A stretch of DNA of 64,000 nucleotides from Paraspadella gotoi (taxonomy: Eukaryota > Animalia > Chaetognatha): NCBI GenBank assembly GCA_051294375.1, contig CM119266.1, positions 22,263,875-22,327,874 of the forward strand, in the 5' to 3' direction. Shown here one piece after another: positions 1 to 13,155 of this stretch. Numbering within the stretch: the first letter of the stretch is position 1; the number at the start of each line of letters is the position of its first letter. Both the position numbers and the translations under genes were made by a program. The notes beneath the pieces were generated by a model that was given only the letters and a program-made list of their open reading frames with translations, did no database searches and was not told the DNA's origin.

Positions 1-314
1 GTTTAATAAAAATTATATTGTTAAAATTTATAATAAAAAAATTAAATTATTTTTAATTGAAATTAATTTTTTTTTATCAGAGCTTTTGTATCAATCAACT
101 TTTATGTCCTCTAACTTTTAAATAGGACTTTAACCAATCGTTTCAGCTTTCAATAAACTTCATATATATTATTATAATTTTATAAAATTCAGCCATCCAA
201 TATAGTTTTTCTCGATGCGAAACCAGTGGCTACTTTTTTTTTTGCCCGCAGTGTATATTAACTCTAAAAACTCGTGAGATGACGTAAAAAACTGTAAATA
301 TTTCTGGAATTCAC

Positions 315-3300
315 CCCACCTGACTTGCATCAGAGTCGACGCCCAGATGGTGCATATCCTTTGGTGGGTCGGTGCTGGTTTCGTTTCTACTTTGGTCGAC
401 GGGAAGATCGGGAAATCGAAACGAGGTCGTCGATTCCGGGTGGATGACGATTCTTGGGGATGGACGCGGCGAACACGACGGCATTCCTCCCATGATGGCG
501 TTGATTGGTTGATTGAGAAAAAGTGCCGGAGAAGAGGGAGTGGAGGAATTCGCGGATGATGCTGAGAAAACGAATGGGTTAAATGAATTAGTAAATGACG
601 CTATTATTCTTAGATCAAACTTAAAAATAAAAAAAATTTAATGTTAGTCTTTAATCTTATGCCTTTCCACTAGATTTCGTGCAAAATACCAGTTGACGCC
701 TCAGGTTACCCGTGGAGCTGCTGTCGTGAAACGCTGGGCCGGCGCCATTGCCGTTTACGCCGAGGCCGAAGGCGTGCCTCGTCGGAACGCTCGAATGTCG
801 GATGTTGGGATGAGAGTTGGCGGCGCCTCCGACCAGGCGAGGATAGCCCGGCGGGAGGTTGCCGGGTGCCATGTCAGGCCCGGTGAAAAGCTGAAATGGC
901 GGGATGCTGCGGCTCGATAAGTTAGGAGAATTTCCTGACGACGATGACACAACCTGGAACGATCAGAAGATAAGGAAAATTTATTTTTTAAGGATCAGAC
1001 TGTTCCACACCAGCTATAAGGTCCGTCAAGAAAATTTATTATTTATTATTTAGAAATCATGACTAATAACGACAAAGCATATATATATATATATATATAT
1101 GTCTCCCCAAAAATTATAGAAAATCAAAATTTTCACTCACCTGACGATAGAAATCCGCAATTCCAGGCAAAATGCAAACCGGCGCCTTGGAAATGCAATC
1201 CTTGTGGCAGACATATTTGCATTCCTTGCACTTCATTCCTAAAAAAAATGATTATTTTTCTCTTATTTTAAGAGTTACTTTAGATAATTTAACTAAAAGA
1301 AGTCAAAATTTAGGATTTTTTTTTACCGAATAACATCTTTTTGGAGCAAGCCTGACAAGTGAGCACTCGGAGGGCGTGGGCAAACTTGTGGTGAAACGGC
1401 GCTTGGACGATCCGTTTGGGCGACTTGTGGGAGGAACCCGAAGAGGAGGAAGGGGACGACTTGTGGCCGGAGAGCAGCCGGCCCAGATCGTCGTTGTCCA
1501 GAAGGGACGCGCCCGGACCGTCGCTCATGGACGAGCTCGAAGCCGCATACGACGAATCCATCATCTGAAAAGAATTCAAAAGGTTTTTTTATCGGTGAAT
1601 CTTCGAAACGCGTTAGACTAGTGAATGTACCGGATAAGAAGCAGGCGGAGGCCCTTCCACTAGGGAACCCACGACCTCCGTGCTCAAGCGCCGTCCATGC
1701 TGAAAATTGTCAACGAGCGTCAGGGTGTCCGTCCGACGTTTAGCCTGTAGTCAATCGGAGAAACAAATGAGACGGCGCTTTTCGGCTCAGGTACAATTTG
1801 GTTTCGTTCTGTATGTCTGAATTTAAATCATATTTATATACATTTAAACAATAACCGGTTGTTTAAAAAAAACATTTAACTAATATCTTGTATCAAACTA
1901 ATGAAATAACCCTTTCACTTTTAACCTTTTCGAGTAGCGCGGGATTGACGGGTTCGATCTTGTTGACGAGTTGTGATTCATGACTTCGACTTTTGGTCAG
2001 CGGGAATCCCGAACCCAAAAGATTCCCAACCCACGAGCCTCCGCCGTCTTTGCCCGCCTCCTTGCCCGAAGAGGAGTGGCCTTTGGAGGCGTAAGATTTT
2101 TTCGTTCCGCTAGGAGGCGTCGACGGCAGCTTAGTCGGGGCGCGAACGAAGGGCGGTGTGGCGGGAGGAGTGGAACGCCTGTAGAGAGAGTGTGATATTT
2201 AAATGAATAAACGAACGTAAAAGGGATATTGGGATGACAAACGTAGGCTTAATTATAAATATAAAATCGCAAATATCTCAACGTATAATATATATATATA
2301 ATATATCTCAGCGAATAATTTTCATAAATAATTAAATTCATTAACTAGTGACGAATTTAGATAGACATTGAACAAGAAACGTTACCGGTATGGGAGCGAA
2401 GTGATCACCAACGGGGAAGGCGGAGGCGTTTCGGGTGGAGTTTGCGAGCTCACGAGTCCGGTCCACGGTGCCAGGGTGATGGCGGATGAGTGGAGCTCGT
2501 TTCCCGATGGACTATAGTAGTAGTGAGGAGCCCCTGAACCGGACGTAGACGACATCCCTACGCTCATGAGCTCGTCGGAAGGAATAGACGATGTCGACGG
2601 ACTATGACGAATAATGTTGAAAAATTTAGGGCGACTATTTTGTTTTTTTTTACTATACAACAGCTTTTGAAAAGATTAACGGCCAAATAATTACCGATGA
2701 GTGCTGCCAGCCCTTTTGATTATTCCACGCCCGGCCGGAGAAACTGTCCCGGACCTTGGGTTGACGGGTTGAAGCGCGTCGAAGGCGTTGGGACTTCTTT
2801 GCAAAGCTGACCCGCTTCCGCGACGAGGGGATGTCTTAATTTAAATAAAAACAAAAGAAAATTTGATCGTTCGTTTTTTCTTTTTTGACTTCAAATCCAA
2901 GATTCGATTTCCCTTTTATTTAATTAACTCGCAGTCTCGGAGAGAATCATTATTTTACTGGTCCTCTTCTGAGTGATTTGAAAACAATTCAGTTCAGTCA
3001 GGCATTTTTCAGAAGATGGGGATGAGTTTTACGCCAAGTTTCGTACTATAGGCCAATTGTTTGAGATGCATATATCTATTATATTTTTTTAAATTTTTTT
3101 TAAAATAAATAATAATAAATATTTTTAAGTGGTTTTTCAAAAGACGCCAAAACCGCGGTCGGCGAAAGTAAAATTTAGCCCAAATATAAAAAAGTATATA
3201 TTCAATATATTTTTTTCTTCTTAATTTCTTCCCGTTTAGTGTTCACAATAAGTCAATATATACTTTTTTTTTGACCATTCGTTTTTTGTTTGTTATTCTT

Positions 3301-5494
3301 TCCCATTTACAAATTAAGAAAACAAAATGTTTACCGAGACGAGGTTCAATCCCTGCGAGGTTCCCAGCGAGAGACTGTAGTGCCTGGTTCCCGAGTTGGC
3401 GACGCCGTTGTTGTCGGCGGCGGCGTCGTCGTCCCATCGCGACCAGAAGAGTTCCACTGTTCCATCGCCGGTCTTCTCCTCGGCTGCGTCGTCGTCTGTC
3501 CAGGCTTCACCGGCGGCGTCACCCTCGCTGTCGCTGGTCGAACTCAATCGGCCGGACGCCTTGTCGCCGAGGGAACCGCCTCCAGAGCTTCTGTCGCGCC
3601 CGCCGCGCGCCAGGCGTCCCAATTTACGTTCCGTGTAATACTTGAGGCTGCGGAGTGCGTCGACGAGTCGGTCACGGTCGACCTTTTGTTTGACGGACTC
3701 GTCCGCGGGCGGCGCTGTCGTCGACGAATCGTCGTTTTCGGCGTCGGCTCCGTCGCCGTAGGCGTGGCTCACTAGAGACTCCACTTCCTGCGACCGAAAT
3801 TCAAAATTTGATCATATTTCTCTGTTTGTCGCTACGTTTAACACTTTTTTTAGAACTTAGGTAAATATTCTCCTAAGTAGGTAATAGACAATTTTTTGGG
3901 TTACCTAGTAGTTAACTCAATAAAAGTAGGCATTTTTTAGTTGACGAAAGTAGCTTTATAACAAAAATATTATTAAATATTATATATTATTAAATTAATA
4001 AAATGGAATATTTTAGAGTATTAATTTTTAAACTATAACTCTTTGTCAAATATAAAACTTTGCTTAACATTGATATTAAATTAGTTTATGCCCTTAAATA
4101 TTTTTAATAAAAACAAACTAATCTTATTAAAAACAAAATTAGCTTTGACCAAGTTTGGTGATATGGTTTGGAGTCCACTACATACAATTTTGATTAACAT
4201 TAAAATGTTTTTTAATATGTTAATAAATGTTATTTCTCACTTTAAATGAGTTAAAATTTATGTTAATGATAAAAAATAGTTGGAGGTTGAATTTTCTTAT
4301 ACTTTTTTGTTTGTATATCATGACAATTAGTTTTGTACTTTCTTTTTACATAATCAGCTTGGTTATGAGTCATGTAAATCGAATGAAAGCAAGCAAAGAA
4401 TTATACTGATATAATTATACTGATTATACTTTGATGATAAGATGCAAATTTTCTTTTGAATCTTTGATATATTTTATGTAATTTTTTTGATCGAAGCTTC
4501 CATTTTTTCAAGCATATCAGAATATATCTACATTGCAGATCTTTTTAAATGTATGCATTCACATTATTATTACTAGTCTCTTTATAATATTTTAATTTAT
4601 CATTTATTAATTTACTAATCTATCAGTCACCTGGTAATTTTATCGGTATTGGGACTGGTAGAAGCTTTTATACTTATTACTTAAGATTATATCACTGCGG
4701 ATAATTTCAAGATGCGTTCATGCTGGGTGTAATTTTGGGGTTAAAATGCAGCAATAACAAATTAAAAGGAAATCAAACCCCCAAAAAAATTAATGCAAAC
4801 GAACTAGTTTTTGTAGTTCGTTATTTCATCAGCAAAACATTTCGAATATTCATGACTTCACGACTAGGCATTTATCTAGTTATTGTAATAAACGTTTTCT
4901 TCTCCCCCTCTCCATGAAATGCAAAACTGATTCAAATGTTTATCGAAAGTTTGTGTCCGGTGACCAACCTTTGGACTACAGCTGAGAAGATTCTCCAACG
5001 TCCACTTTCGATTGCTGGAAAGGACGTGATTTAGGACCTTGTCGGTGACGCCGACGACCCGAAGCCATTGCTCCAGCGAAGGGTACGACTCCAGTTCTCG
5101 AGCCGAACTCAGAAAGGAGTTGTCGAGACTGGCTTTCGCCGCCAATTGGTTCCCGAACAGTTTGATTAGCTCTCCTTCCAGGTTTCGAATTTCCTTTTTA
5201 AAGGTTTTGATCAACGTTAGGTTGCTCTCACCGTAATCAATCAATCAATCAATCAATCAAATAAATTAATCGATTATTCATCCTTACTTGTTGGGTCAAT
5301 TCTGCTTTGGTACAGCACTGCGTTCTTAATCCATTGAGTTGATTTTTGTTGAGTTCTATCATGTTGTGAGCATTTTTGCAATCTCGCAAAGCCTAATAAG
5401 AATGTGCATTGTTTTGAAAGAGAAACCTAGATTGGCGATTGAACAATAAAAAAGCCTTTTTCTTTCTTACCCTCTTCACAGCCTCGTCTTCCAT
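315..5494 (-). CDS. ksr: Kinase suppressor of Ras (KSR family scaffold/pseudokinase); 5' 12 exons, incomplete at left edge
   Basis: Exons joined in frame via GT-AG: 5494-5471, 5392-5288, 5193-4969, 3787-3335, 2834-2695, 2601-2386, 2178-1926, 1744-1631, 1564-1327, 1238-1141, 953-710, 561-~315. Motifs: CC-SAM (LNGLRTQCCTKAELTQQ|EIRNLEGELIK; YPSLEQWLRVVG), Pro-rich TPPETPP/TPPATPP, LTKSRSHESQL (14-3-3 site), C1 domain (HKF..TCQACSKKMLFG|MKCKECKYVCHKDC), SSTPSSPA and FRFPD (FxFP ERK-docking). Confidence 0.93.
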
Positions 5495-6177
5495 CGGGGA
5501 GACGTCATTGGGACTTTTAGTTTTTGGTGAAGCAAATTTTTTGCTGCCACCTGTTAGAATTTTATAATAAATTATTATTGATTTGGTTTTGGAATTTTTT
5601 TCTTTTTGTCCGTTGTCTGGTTTATTTTTGTTTAGATATTTTCGTTAGTCTTCAGCGCAGTTTGTGGTCAGACTAACCTGGGCTAGTAGTGGACATCTTG
5701 ACGCGTTGCAGCGACAGGTTTTCAATTACATTTTCACAATGTACATTTTTAAACGCATTAATGTTGGATAATGAGTCAGTATATTTTTAGTAAATTAGCA
5801 TTTTCATGCTCGTTATATGAGCATCGTCTGAAACAATGAAGCATAGTTAAAATCGGAATAAACGAGTTGGTGGCGTTGCTCGGTAATCAGGCTCATTGCA
5901 AATAAAAAAAAAAAAAGAGAATGAAGTTACCCTAGCCACTTTTGGGTCTTGCAAATAATTCCCATCTTGCATCCCGGGAAATGCAACTTTACCCGAGCAC
6001 GCTCCAATTTTGGAAGATGTCCTTATAAGGAATACCGAGAAAGATGCGCGTATTCTTTTAAAGCCGTGCATTGATCACTAATTCCATTTTCTTGCTCTCA
6101 CACACACAATCACGCTTACTCACACAAGCACGAAAACGGAATCCCAGAAGCTATTCATCATCATAACGCATGCAACG

Positions 6178-6574
6178 ATGGCGCCTCTGGCGGAGGCCAG
6201 GCAGAGGCTGGAGAACTTGGAGGCGGAGTGGAATGAGGACGGGCAACTTCTCGTCGTCTTCTTCGTCGACCACGCCTTTAAGAGCGCGAATTCGTCCGAT
6301 GGTCGGTGCAGCCAAGAACGTCCCTTGCCCTTGACGCCCGCTTTTTACGCCTCAAAACTCTTACATTGCGAGAGAACGTTTCTGCCGTGTCATGACTGGA
6401 TTGAGGTGAGTAGAGGCTCGAACAAAAGACGTTTCCCTCGAAAAAACTTGTTATGGTTGTTGTTCTTATCAAATAACTCGTTTGGTTGAATAACCTGAGT
6501 AGAATTTTCCTCTTATTATTGAGTTTGATTTTTTACAGGTACAAAAGTGGATGGTTGCAAGATTGTTGCTTGAT
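6178..6574 (+). CDS. Possible small spliced ORF (~87-94 aa), or upstream exon/uORF of the TLCD transcript
   Basis: GC-rich ATG ORF 6178-6405 ends at a strong phase-0 donor GAG|GTGAGT. In-frame acceptors at 6539 (VQKWMVARLLL*) or 7974 (IRPVSK..IYLF*). No recognisable family. Confidence 0.3.
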
Positions 6575-8072
6575 TTTTTTTTCTTGAATATTGTGTTCTT
6601 GAAACGTGACTTTCGAGTAACTCGGTTTTGAGGACGGAAATCTGAACTGAACCTTATTATTAAATTAATACATAAATTAAGGAATATTGGTTTGAAATTA
6701 AGTTTTATCTTTATCGAATCTCAGTATACCGTGCCGTGAACTTGGTCGCTTCGTTGTTAATTGTCCAAATTCGAAACCCTCTTATATCGATTCGTTTTTG
6801 TCAACCAAAGTTCACCAGAAAACGAGAAGTTATTTTGGGATTGGTCAATTTTCTACAGGAATGACGGTTTTTAACGATGGTCCACGCCTTTAAATACACC
6901 TAATCAAAACTTAATACACTTAAATTTAAACTGTGATGAGTTGAATATTTTTTTTCCTAAATGTTAATCTTTGAAACCGCCTTCTTTCTTGATTTTATCA
7001 TTCGACCTGAAACTTTCTGAAACATTCTTCTAGGCATTACTTTTTTTAATTTCGTTTTCGAGTAGTATTGTGATACAGGTTTTCAACAAAATATGAGTAC
7101 GAAAGTTGGGGAAAACTGGTCTTTTAACGTTTTATCTATTTTGTTTTTACTTGTTTGATCGGTTATGATTATCTAAAAAGCTACGTATTCACGTTAACAA
7201 ATGGTCTTTGTTGCCAATATTTAAAATATTTTTTTTCTCTTTCTTCTCTTTGCGTTTGAATTTAGAAGACGACAAACGAATTTTTTTGTTTTGTTGATAA
7301 CAACAACAGGTTTATTTACCTAAAAAAAAATAACAGACATGCTTCGGCAATAATGTTTGCATTCATCAGCGCAAATCAACATGCCCGTTATTTTTTTTAA
7401 ATGCAAATAAAAATGTCCTTGTCGTCAAAACAAAAATTCGTTTTGTGTGTTTTATATTTTAAAATGATAAAAATAGAGTGGCAGTTGCTGCGATGTAATA
7501 ATTGGAGTTACTACTAGCCCTTAGTTTTAGGATTACATCAATCACGCTTGTTTTTTCGATAACTCGATAAAAAAAAAAAATTTTCTATCTTTTATATCAG
7601 TCTTACGGGATCAAATTATCAACGAGCGAGTACATATCTCAAATTGACCGATATTGATTTCACTTTTTTGTTTTCTTTTTTATTTGCATTAACTTTACGC
7701 CCTTATTTTTTCCCCCCGCACTTTGAGCTTACAAAACGAAGAAGTTACGAAAGCTTGCGCTTTGGACGATCGCATGTTTCCCTTCTAGAGTTTTTTTTTC
7801 GTTTTTTTTTTCGTGCAGCTTGAGCCATCAAACGACCAAAACAAATGAAATCCATCAAACTTTTTAAAGGTTAAGGGAAAAAATCCGAGCGACACTTCTC
7901 GTAAATCGATAAATAAATAAAATGATAATAATTTAAATTACATTTTTTTAAATTTTTTCTTTTCATTTGGCAGATAAGGCCCGTTTCAAAGCCGAATAAC
8001 AAATATCGTAAACATATCTACCTCTTCTAATCACTAAGTCAAAGTGAAACAAAATTGACGACGGAAAAAAAA

Positions 8073-8594
8073 ATGGAATCAATATCAAACGGTAGATGGA
8101 AATAATACTTTTCAATGTTAAGATTTATATTTCTTTCTCTTAAATTAAATTAATATCTCATTACATTGGTCCCGGTCCTAAAGACGAATCTTCTCTTCCC
8201 CTTCACTTCCTCCGTCGAAACTACGGCGCCGTCATCGTCGTCCTCTCATACCTCGTTTGGCGCCGCCTGGCGTTGGAGGTGTCACGAGCGACGCCGATTC
8301 TCCAACTCGTCGCGCAAAAGAAACACGAATGGAAGTTTCAGAACATCTTCATCTCTCTGCTTCACTCCACGCTCACCGGGGTATCTGGAGTGGTCTGCTT
8401 CTTTCTCGATCCGGGTGGGTTCCTTATTTTTTTTGGTTGTTGTTGTAGATGTATAAATTTGTCAGAGAGGCGATGGTTAATTCCTCTCTTATTTCCTCCG
8501 CCCTTAATCGACCCTCGACAGCCATGGCGAAAGACTTGATCAATCGATATCAAGAACGATGTTACTTCCTTACCGCCATTTCCCTAGGGTAAGA

Positions 8595-8632
<38 letters not shown>

Positions 8633-10171
8633 TGATACTCCTCGGCGAGAAGACGCAGTGAGTTAACTCAATCAATCGAGTTGACCGAAGACTCCATTCA
8701 ATCAATGGATCAATCAATCAATTTTTTTTGTCAATCAATAAATCAATTTGCTTTTACCCTCAGTTACTTCATTCATGATTTTATCGACTTGTATCGCAAT
8801 TCGACTAAGTCCGGCTGGGAGTTAATGCTGCATCATTTGATTGTTATTTCGTGCTTCGGGTCGGCTCTGGCTACGCGGCAGTACTTGGGTTACGCGATGG
8901 TAAGAAAATATGAATATATTGGTTACTTGTGAACCAAATATATTTTATCTCGAAAGAAAGCAATTTCAATAACAACCTTTTTTTAGTCGGATCTGCTTAT
9001 CAGAGAAATTATCAGCTAATTATGCAAGTTGAAAAAATTACGTCAGTTTACCAAATTATGCCAGTTGATCAAATTATGCCAGTTGACCACATTTTCCAAG
9101 TTGACCAAATTATACAAGTTAAAAAAATTATGTCATTTGACCAAATTATGCCAGTGACCAAATTATGCCAGTGACCAAATTATGCCATTTGTCCAAATTA
9201 TGCCTGTTGACCATATTTTGCCTGTTGACCAAATTATGTCAGTTGACCAAATTATGCCAGTTTGTGGCGATATGCCGGATTGTGCTTGGATCAAATAATG
9301 CAAGTTGATTAAATTTTGCAAGTTAATCAAATTATGCAAGTTGACCAAATTATGCAAGTTGTTATTGGCGCAGCTACTGGTTCATTGATAGATCAATTGA
9401 TTTATAGATTTTTTCATAGGTTTATTAAAAAGTCTGTTATCATTTGTTATGTTATGATTTGTTTTGATCTGTTAAGATAACAAATTGATAGTTAAAAATA
9501 ATTATCATGATTTACCGCTTAATTACCGTAGGCAGATCCGACATCTAAAATCTAAACTCTACTCCAAAAAATATATACTATTCATGTAGTATTCAATCCT
9601 TAGCGTTCGCCATCGTTGTTATTCCGAGTCGGACAAGAGTTAGCGCCAAAATATCACTTTTAATTTATTTATTTAGGTGGCGTTTTTGATAGAAATTAAT
9701 TCTATATTTTTACACTTACGAACTTTGCTTCAAGTTTGCGGCGTGTCAAAGTTTAGCCTGGCCTACAGATGTAATTCTCTATTTAATTTTGGTAAGTAGG
9801 GTTGCGCCGGGTAGGAAAGCGAGAAAGGAAAGGGGATCTCAATTCTGACTCGCTCGTTTCTTACTTCAGGCACCTTCATCGTGAATCGCATTATCCTCTT
9901 ATCGTGGATGACGCGTTGGATCGTAATAAACAGGGATGTCGTTCCGATGTTAATGTACACGTTAGGCAGGTAAAGAAAAGATGCATGATAACACAATTTT
10001 ATGAAGAAAGTATAAGGCGACGAATATTTTATTGGCAACAATTTTTTATTATAGACCAACATGTTTCGGCTCACAATTTGAGCCGTCAAAGTTTTTTGTG
10101 AATTATTCACTCAGGCTCACGGTAAGGACAGATAGATTTTAGTTTTGAAAAAGAAATGAAATTGTCAATTT

Positions 10172-10267
<96 letters not shown>

Positions 10268-13155
10268 CAGGGAGAGAGAAAATAATACATTTTTAATGTA
10301 CAACAAATGAAAAGGTTTTTGTATAAACATAATTAAACATAATTAAAAAACGGATAGAATATTGCAAGAATAAAGTTAAAAAATATTTTTCCCATTAATA
10401 TTACGGTTCTTTTAAAACTGAACTAAATAGATTACAAGATAATTTATAATAACACGCAGCGGACAAAGCTCAAAACCAATATTATTTTTACATGTAAAAA
10501 ATTCTATTACAAAAGAATTAAAGAAGAATTAATAGACTCACAATGCATATAACTTCACTAATGAAACCGCTGAACAGTATCAATAAAAGAATAGCTAAAT
10601 TTAGTGAAGATTATGAATTAAAGTAAAAGATGAAATGAAAGAAATTCCTATTATTTATTTTATTCCTAAAATGCCATAAAAGTCCTCAAAACAAAGATAC
10701 ATAGCTGGCTCTAAAATATGTTCTCTCAGGCAATATCATAAACATTTTCAAAATGTTTAAAGCTAATGCTAAATCATCTTAAAGTATACTATCAAGTAGT
10801 TTTCTCAAAGATCTGGAATAAAACATTATTGGATAATTGATAATTCTTTGGTTTTTTGAAAAAAATTTCTCAATTAAAAACAGATTTTCTAGAACAATGA
10901 TTTTTTCAACATTATAATCCATCACTTCCTCATTATGAAATCAGGCAGTAAGCTAAAAATTACATTCAGAACAATTTTTTCTAGGGAAATAAAACATATA
11001 TAAATGTAAATCATAAATAAAGCTTATTTTTCAACATACTAAAATAACGGGTATATTTCTTTTACTGAGAAGGATATTGCAATATTGTCCCAACTTTATT
11101 TTAGATAATGTTTTTGTCAATTTGGCTCCTTAATATATAAACAAACATTAGGAATACCAATTGGACTAGACTCTGGTCAAGATATTGCCAATATGTTGTT
11201 ATTTTATTTTAGAATCAACATATATGGAAATATGTTCAAAAAAATAAGTTTAGGAATCGCAAGACAATTTAAAATTGCTCAAGATATATTGATGACCTTT
11301 TTTCAGCCGATTTTAAGGATTTTAAAATACATCTTGCCACATATATCCAGCAGGCACTTACTGTAAATAAATCTAATAGTACAGATACAAATGTAGATTA
11401 TTTAGACATTAATATTAAATCAGAAAACAAAAATCTTACTCTTTCAGTCTATGATAAAAGGGATTCCTTTTCTTTGAAGTAGTTAATTACCCATATATGG
11501 ACAGTTGTATTCCTAAAAAAGCAGCACTCGGTTGTATTATAAGCCAATTATCAGATATGCAAGAATATGTTCGATGTTTACAGATTTTTCATCGAGAGCA
11601 ATAAATTTAAGCAAAAAACTACAAAGTCAAGGATATTTATTTAAGGACTTAAGAAAAAATGGGAATTAAACTTTCCTCAGTAATTCATAAGGAACTAATA
11701 AAAACAACCTACTAATGTTTCACTGATGTTAATCTTATTCTTCAAAAAAGATTATACAATGAAGTTTCCTCAGTACAAAGAATAAAAGGACAAAATTAAC
11801 AAAATTAGATACCACTTAAATATATATAATCAATCAATAATAAATAATACAATATATACATCCAACCAATATTATTATAAATAACCTTATTATAACTATT
11901 TAACTCTATTGATTTACACTTATTTCTTAATTTTATCAATTAACTTTATGTTAACTTTACATGTAAACATACCCATTAATTATCTAACTTATTATTTAAC
12001 TTAATTATTTAACTTATTTAAATTAGTTATAATTACAAAATTACAAAACCTTAATAAATTCTCTAAAATTAAATAGATGCGGGTGATGCCAGGGTTATGG
12101 TGCTGCTTGAAAAATTAACAGTCAAACATTGCGTAAAAAAATAAGCTAAAAGAGACGAACGAGGGATCACTCATATGTGATGGCTCGCCGCGTATACCCC
12201 TGCATATTGGGATTAAAGAAGCCTAAATCCGGATGAAGGGGGAGTATAGGGGTTCCACACTGATGACCTGTCCCATTGTAAAACAGTAAATGATAAAAAA
12301 ATTCAAAGACAAAAAATAATTAAAAGAAGGTAGGACCAGAGTGAAAAAATAAAAGTTTCATTAAAGTATTTTTAAAATTATATTCATGACATAAAGGTGC
12401 CCCTATAGACCTTTCCCAGTATGTATCCCTATCAGAACATACAATTCTAACATGGTATCTTTATCCTATGGTAAAAAAAATCATATATAACGTTGGTCCC
12501 CCCCTCAAAAAATTATCCATTCCCACCCTTTCTGTTTCAGCCTCTTAGATATTATGATTTTTTCATTAATGACTTTTCTAACAGAAATGATGTGTGATAT
12601 CTATTAGAAACTAGGACAGATAGTAATCTAACCTTGTGTTGTATAGATGCTCCCTCTATTTCCAGAAGACAACACTGACTTCCCTTCCCAAATGAATTAT
12701 TATATAAATAAAACATTTTTAAAAAGAAAGCAATATATGGTTTGATTAAATATATAGATTAAATACTAAATCCTTCATAAAAAATATTAAAATATAATAG
12801 AAAAATAGAAAATAGTGTGAACAAGTAATTTGCAAATTTTCATATATAAACATGTTCGTCTGTAATAAAAAAAAATTGTTGTTGCCAACAAACTATTCGT
12901 CTCCTTAAACCAAAAAACAACAAAAAAGAAAGGATTTACACACAATGAAAAAAAAAGAAGTAAAATTCGATAATAATCTTTAATCTTATTGTTATCTTTT
13001 CTATGCCCAGCGTTTCCTTGGGGATTTTGACGCTAATGAACATCGTTCTGTTGTACCGGATTCTGCGCGCAGATCAGATGATCTTGTTCTCGACGTCTCT
13101 GGGAAAGGCGGAGAGCATCGGCGACGCCCCCCAGCCGAAACCTAAAGACGCTTGA
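8073..13155 (+). CDS. TLC (TRAM/LAG1/CLN8) domain membrane protein, TLCD1/TLCD2-like
   Basis: Exons 8073-8091, 8184-8414, 8522-8588, 8764-8899, 9677-9791, 9870-9969, 13011-13155 join in frame. Motifs WKFQNIFISLLHS, GYFIHDFID, WELMLHH, IEINSIFLHLR, TFIVNRI, MNIVLLYRILRAD match the TLC domain. Confidence 0.88.
9027..9360. repeat. 18-bp minisatellite (consensus GTTGACCAAATTATGCCA) in TLCD intron 4
   Basis: Roughly 17-18 degenerate tandem copies read directly from the sequence. Confidence 0.9.
10173..10279. repeat. (AG)n microsatellite
   Basis: Direct. Similar (AG)/(CT) tracts occur at ~15975-16095, 23053-23163, 26441-26553, 34811-34900, 36718-36788 and many other places. Confidence 0.95.
10600..12340 (+). 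mobile_element. Degenerate Penelope-like retroelement (RT remnant plus 3' region) in TLCD intron 6
   Basis: Frameshifted motifs in typical PLE RT order: IYFIPKM (~10650), RYIAGSKICS (~10695), SGIKHYWIIDNS, YKQTLGIPIG (~11136), RYIDDLF (11282), DYLDINI, VYDKRDSF (~11447), VVNYPYMDSCIP, RYARICS (~11553), LQSQGY (~11620). No intact ORF. Confidence 0.78.
12251..12337 (+). ncRNA. Degenerate type-I hammerhead-ribozyme-like motif at the 3' end of the PLE
   Basis: GGTTCCAC-A-CTGATGA (12260-12266), stem II CTGT/ACAG (12268-71/12283-86), then TAAA instead of GAAA. Stem I partner GTAGGACC (12330-37, 7/8 pairs). PLEs are known to carry hammerheads, but this core is mutated. Confidence 0.35.

Noticed and set aside
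9027-9360. CRISPR-like periodicity (also 50527-51120)
   Set aside because: Eukaryotic tandem repeats without unique spacers or cas genes.
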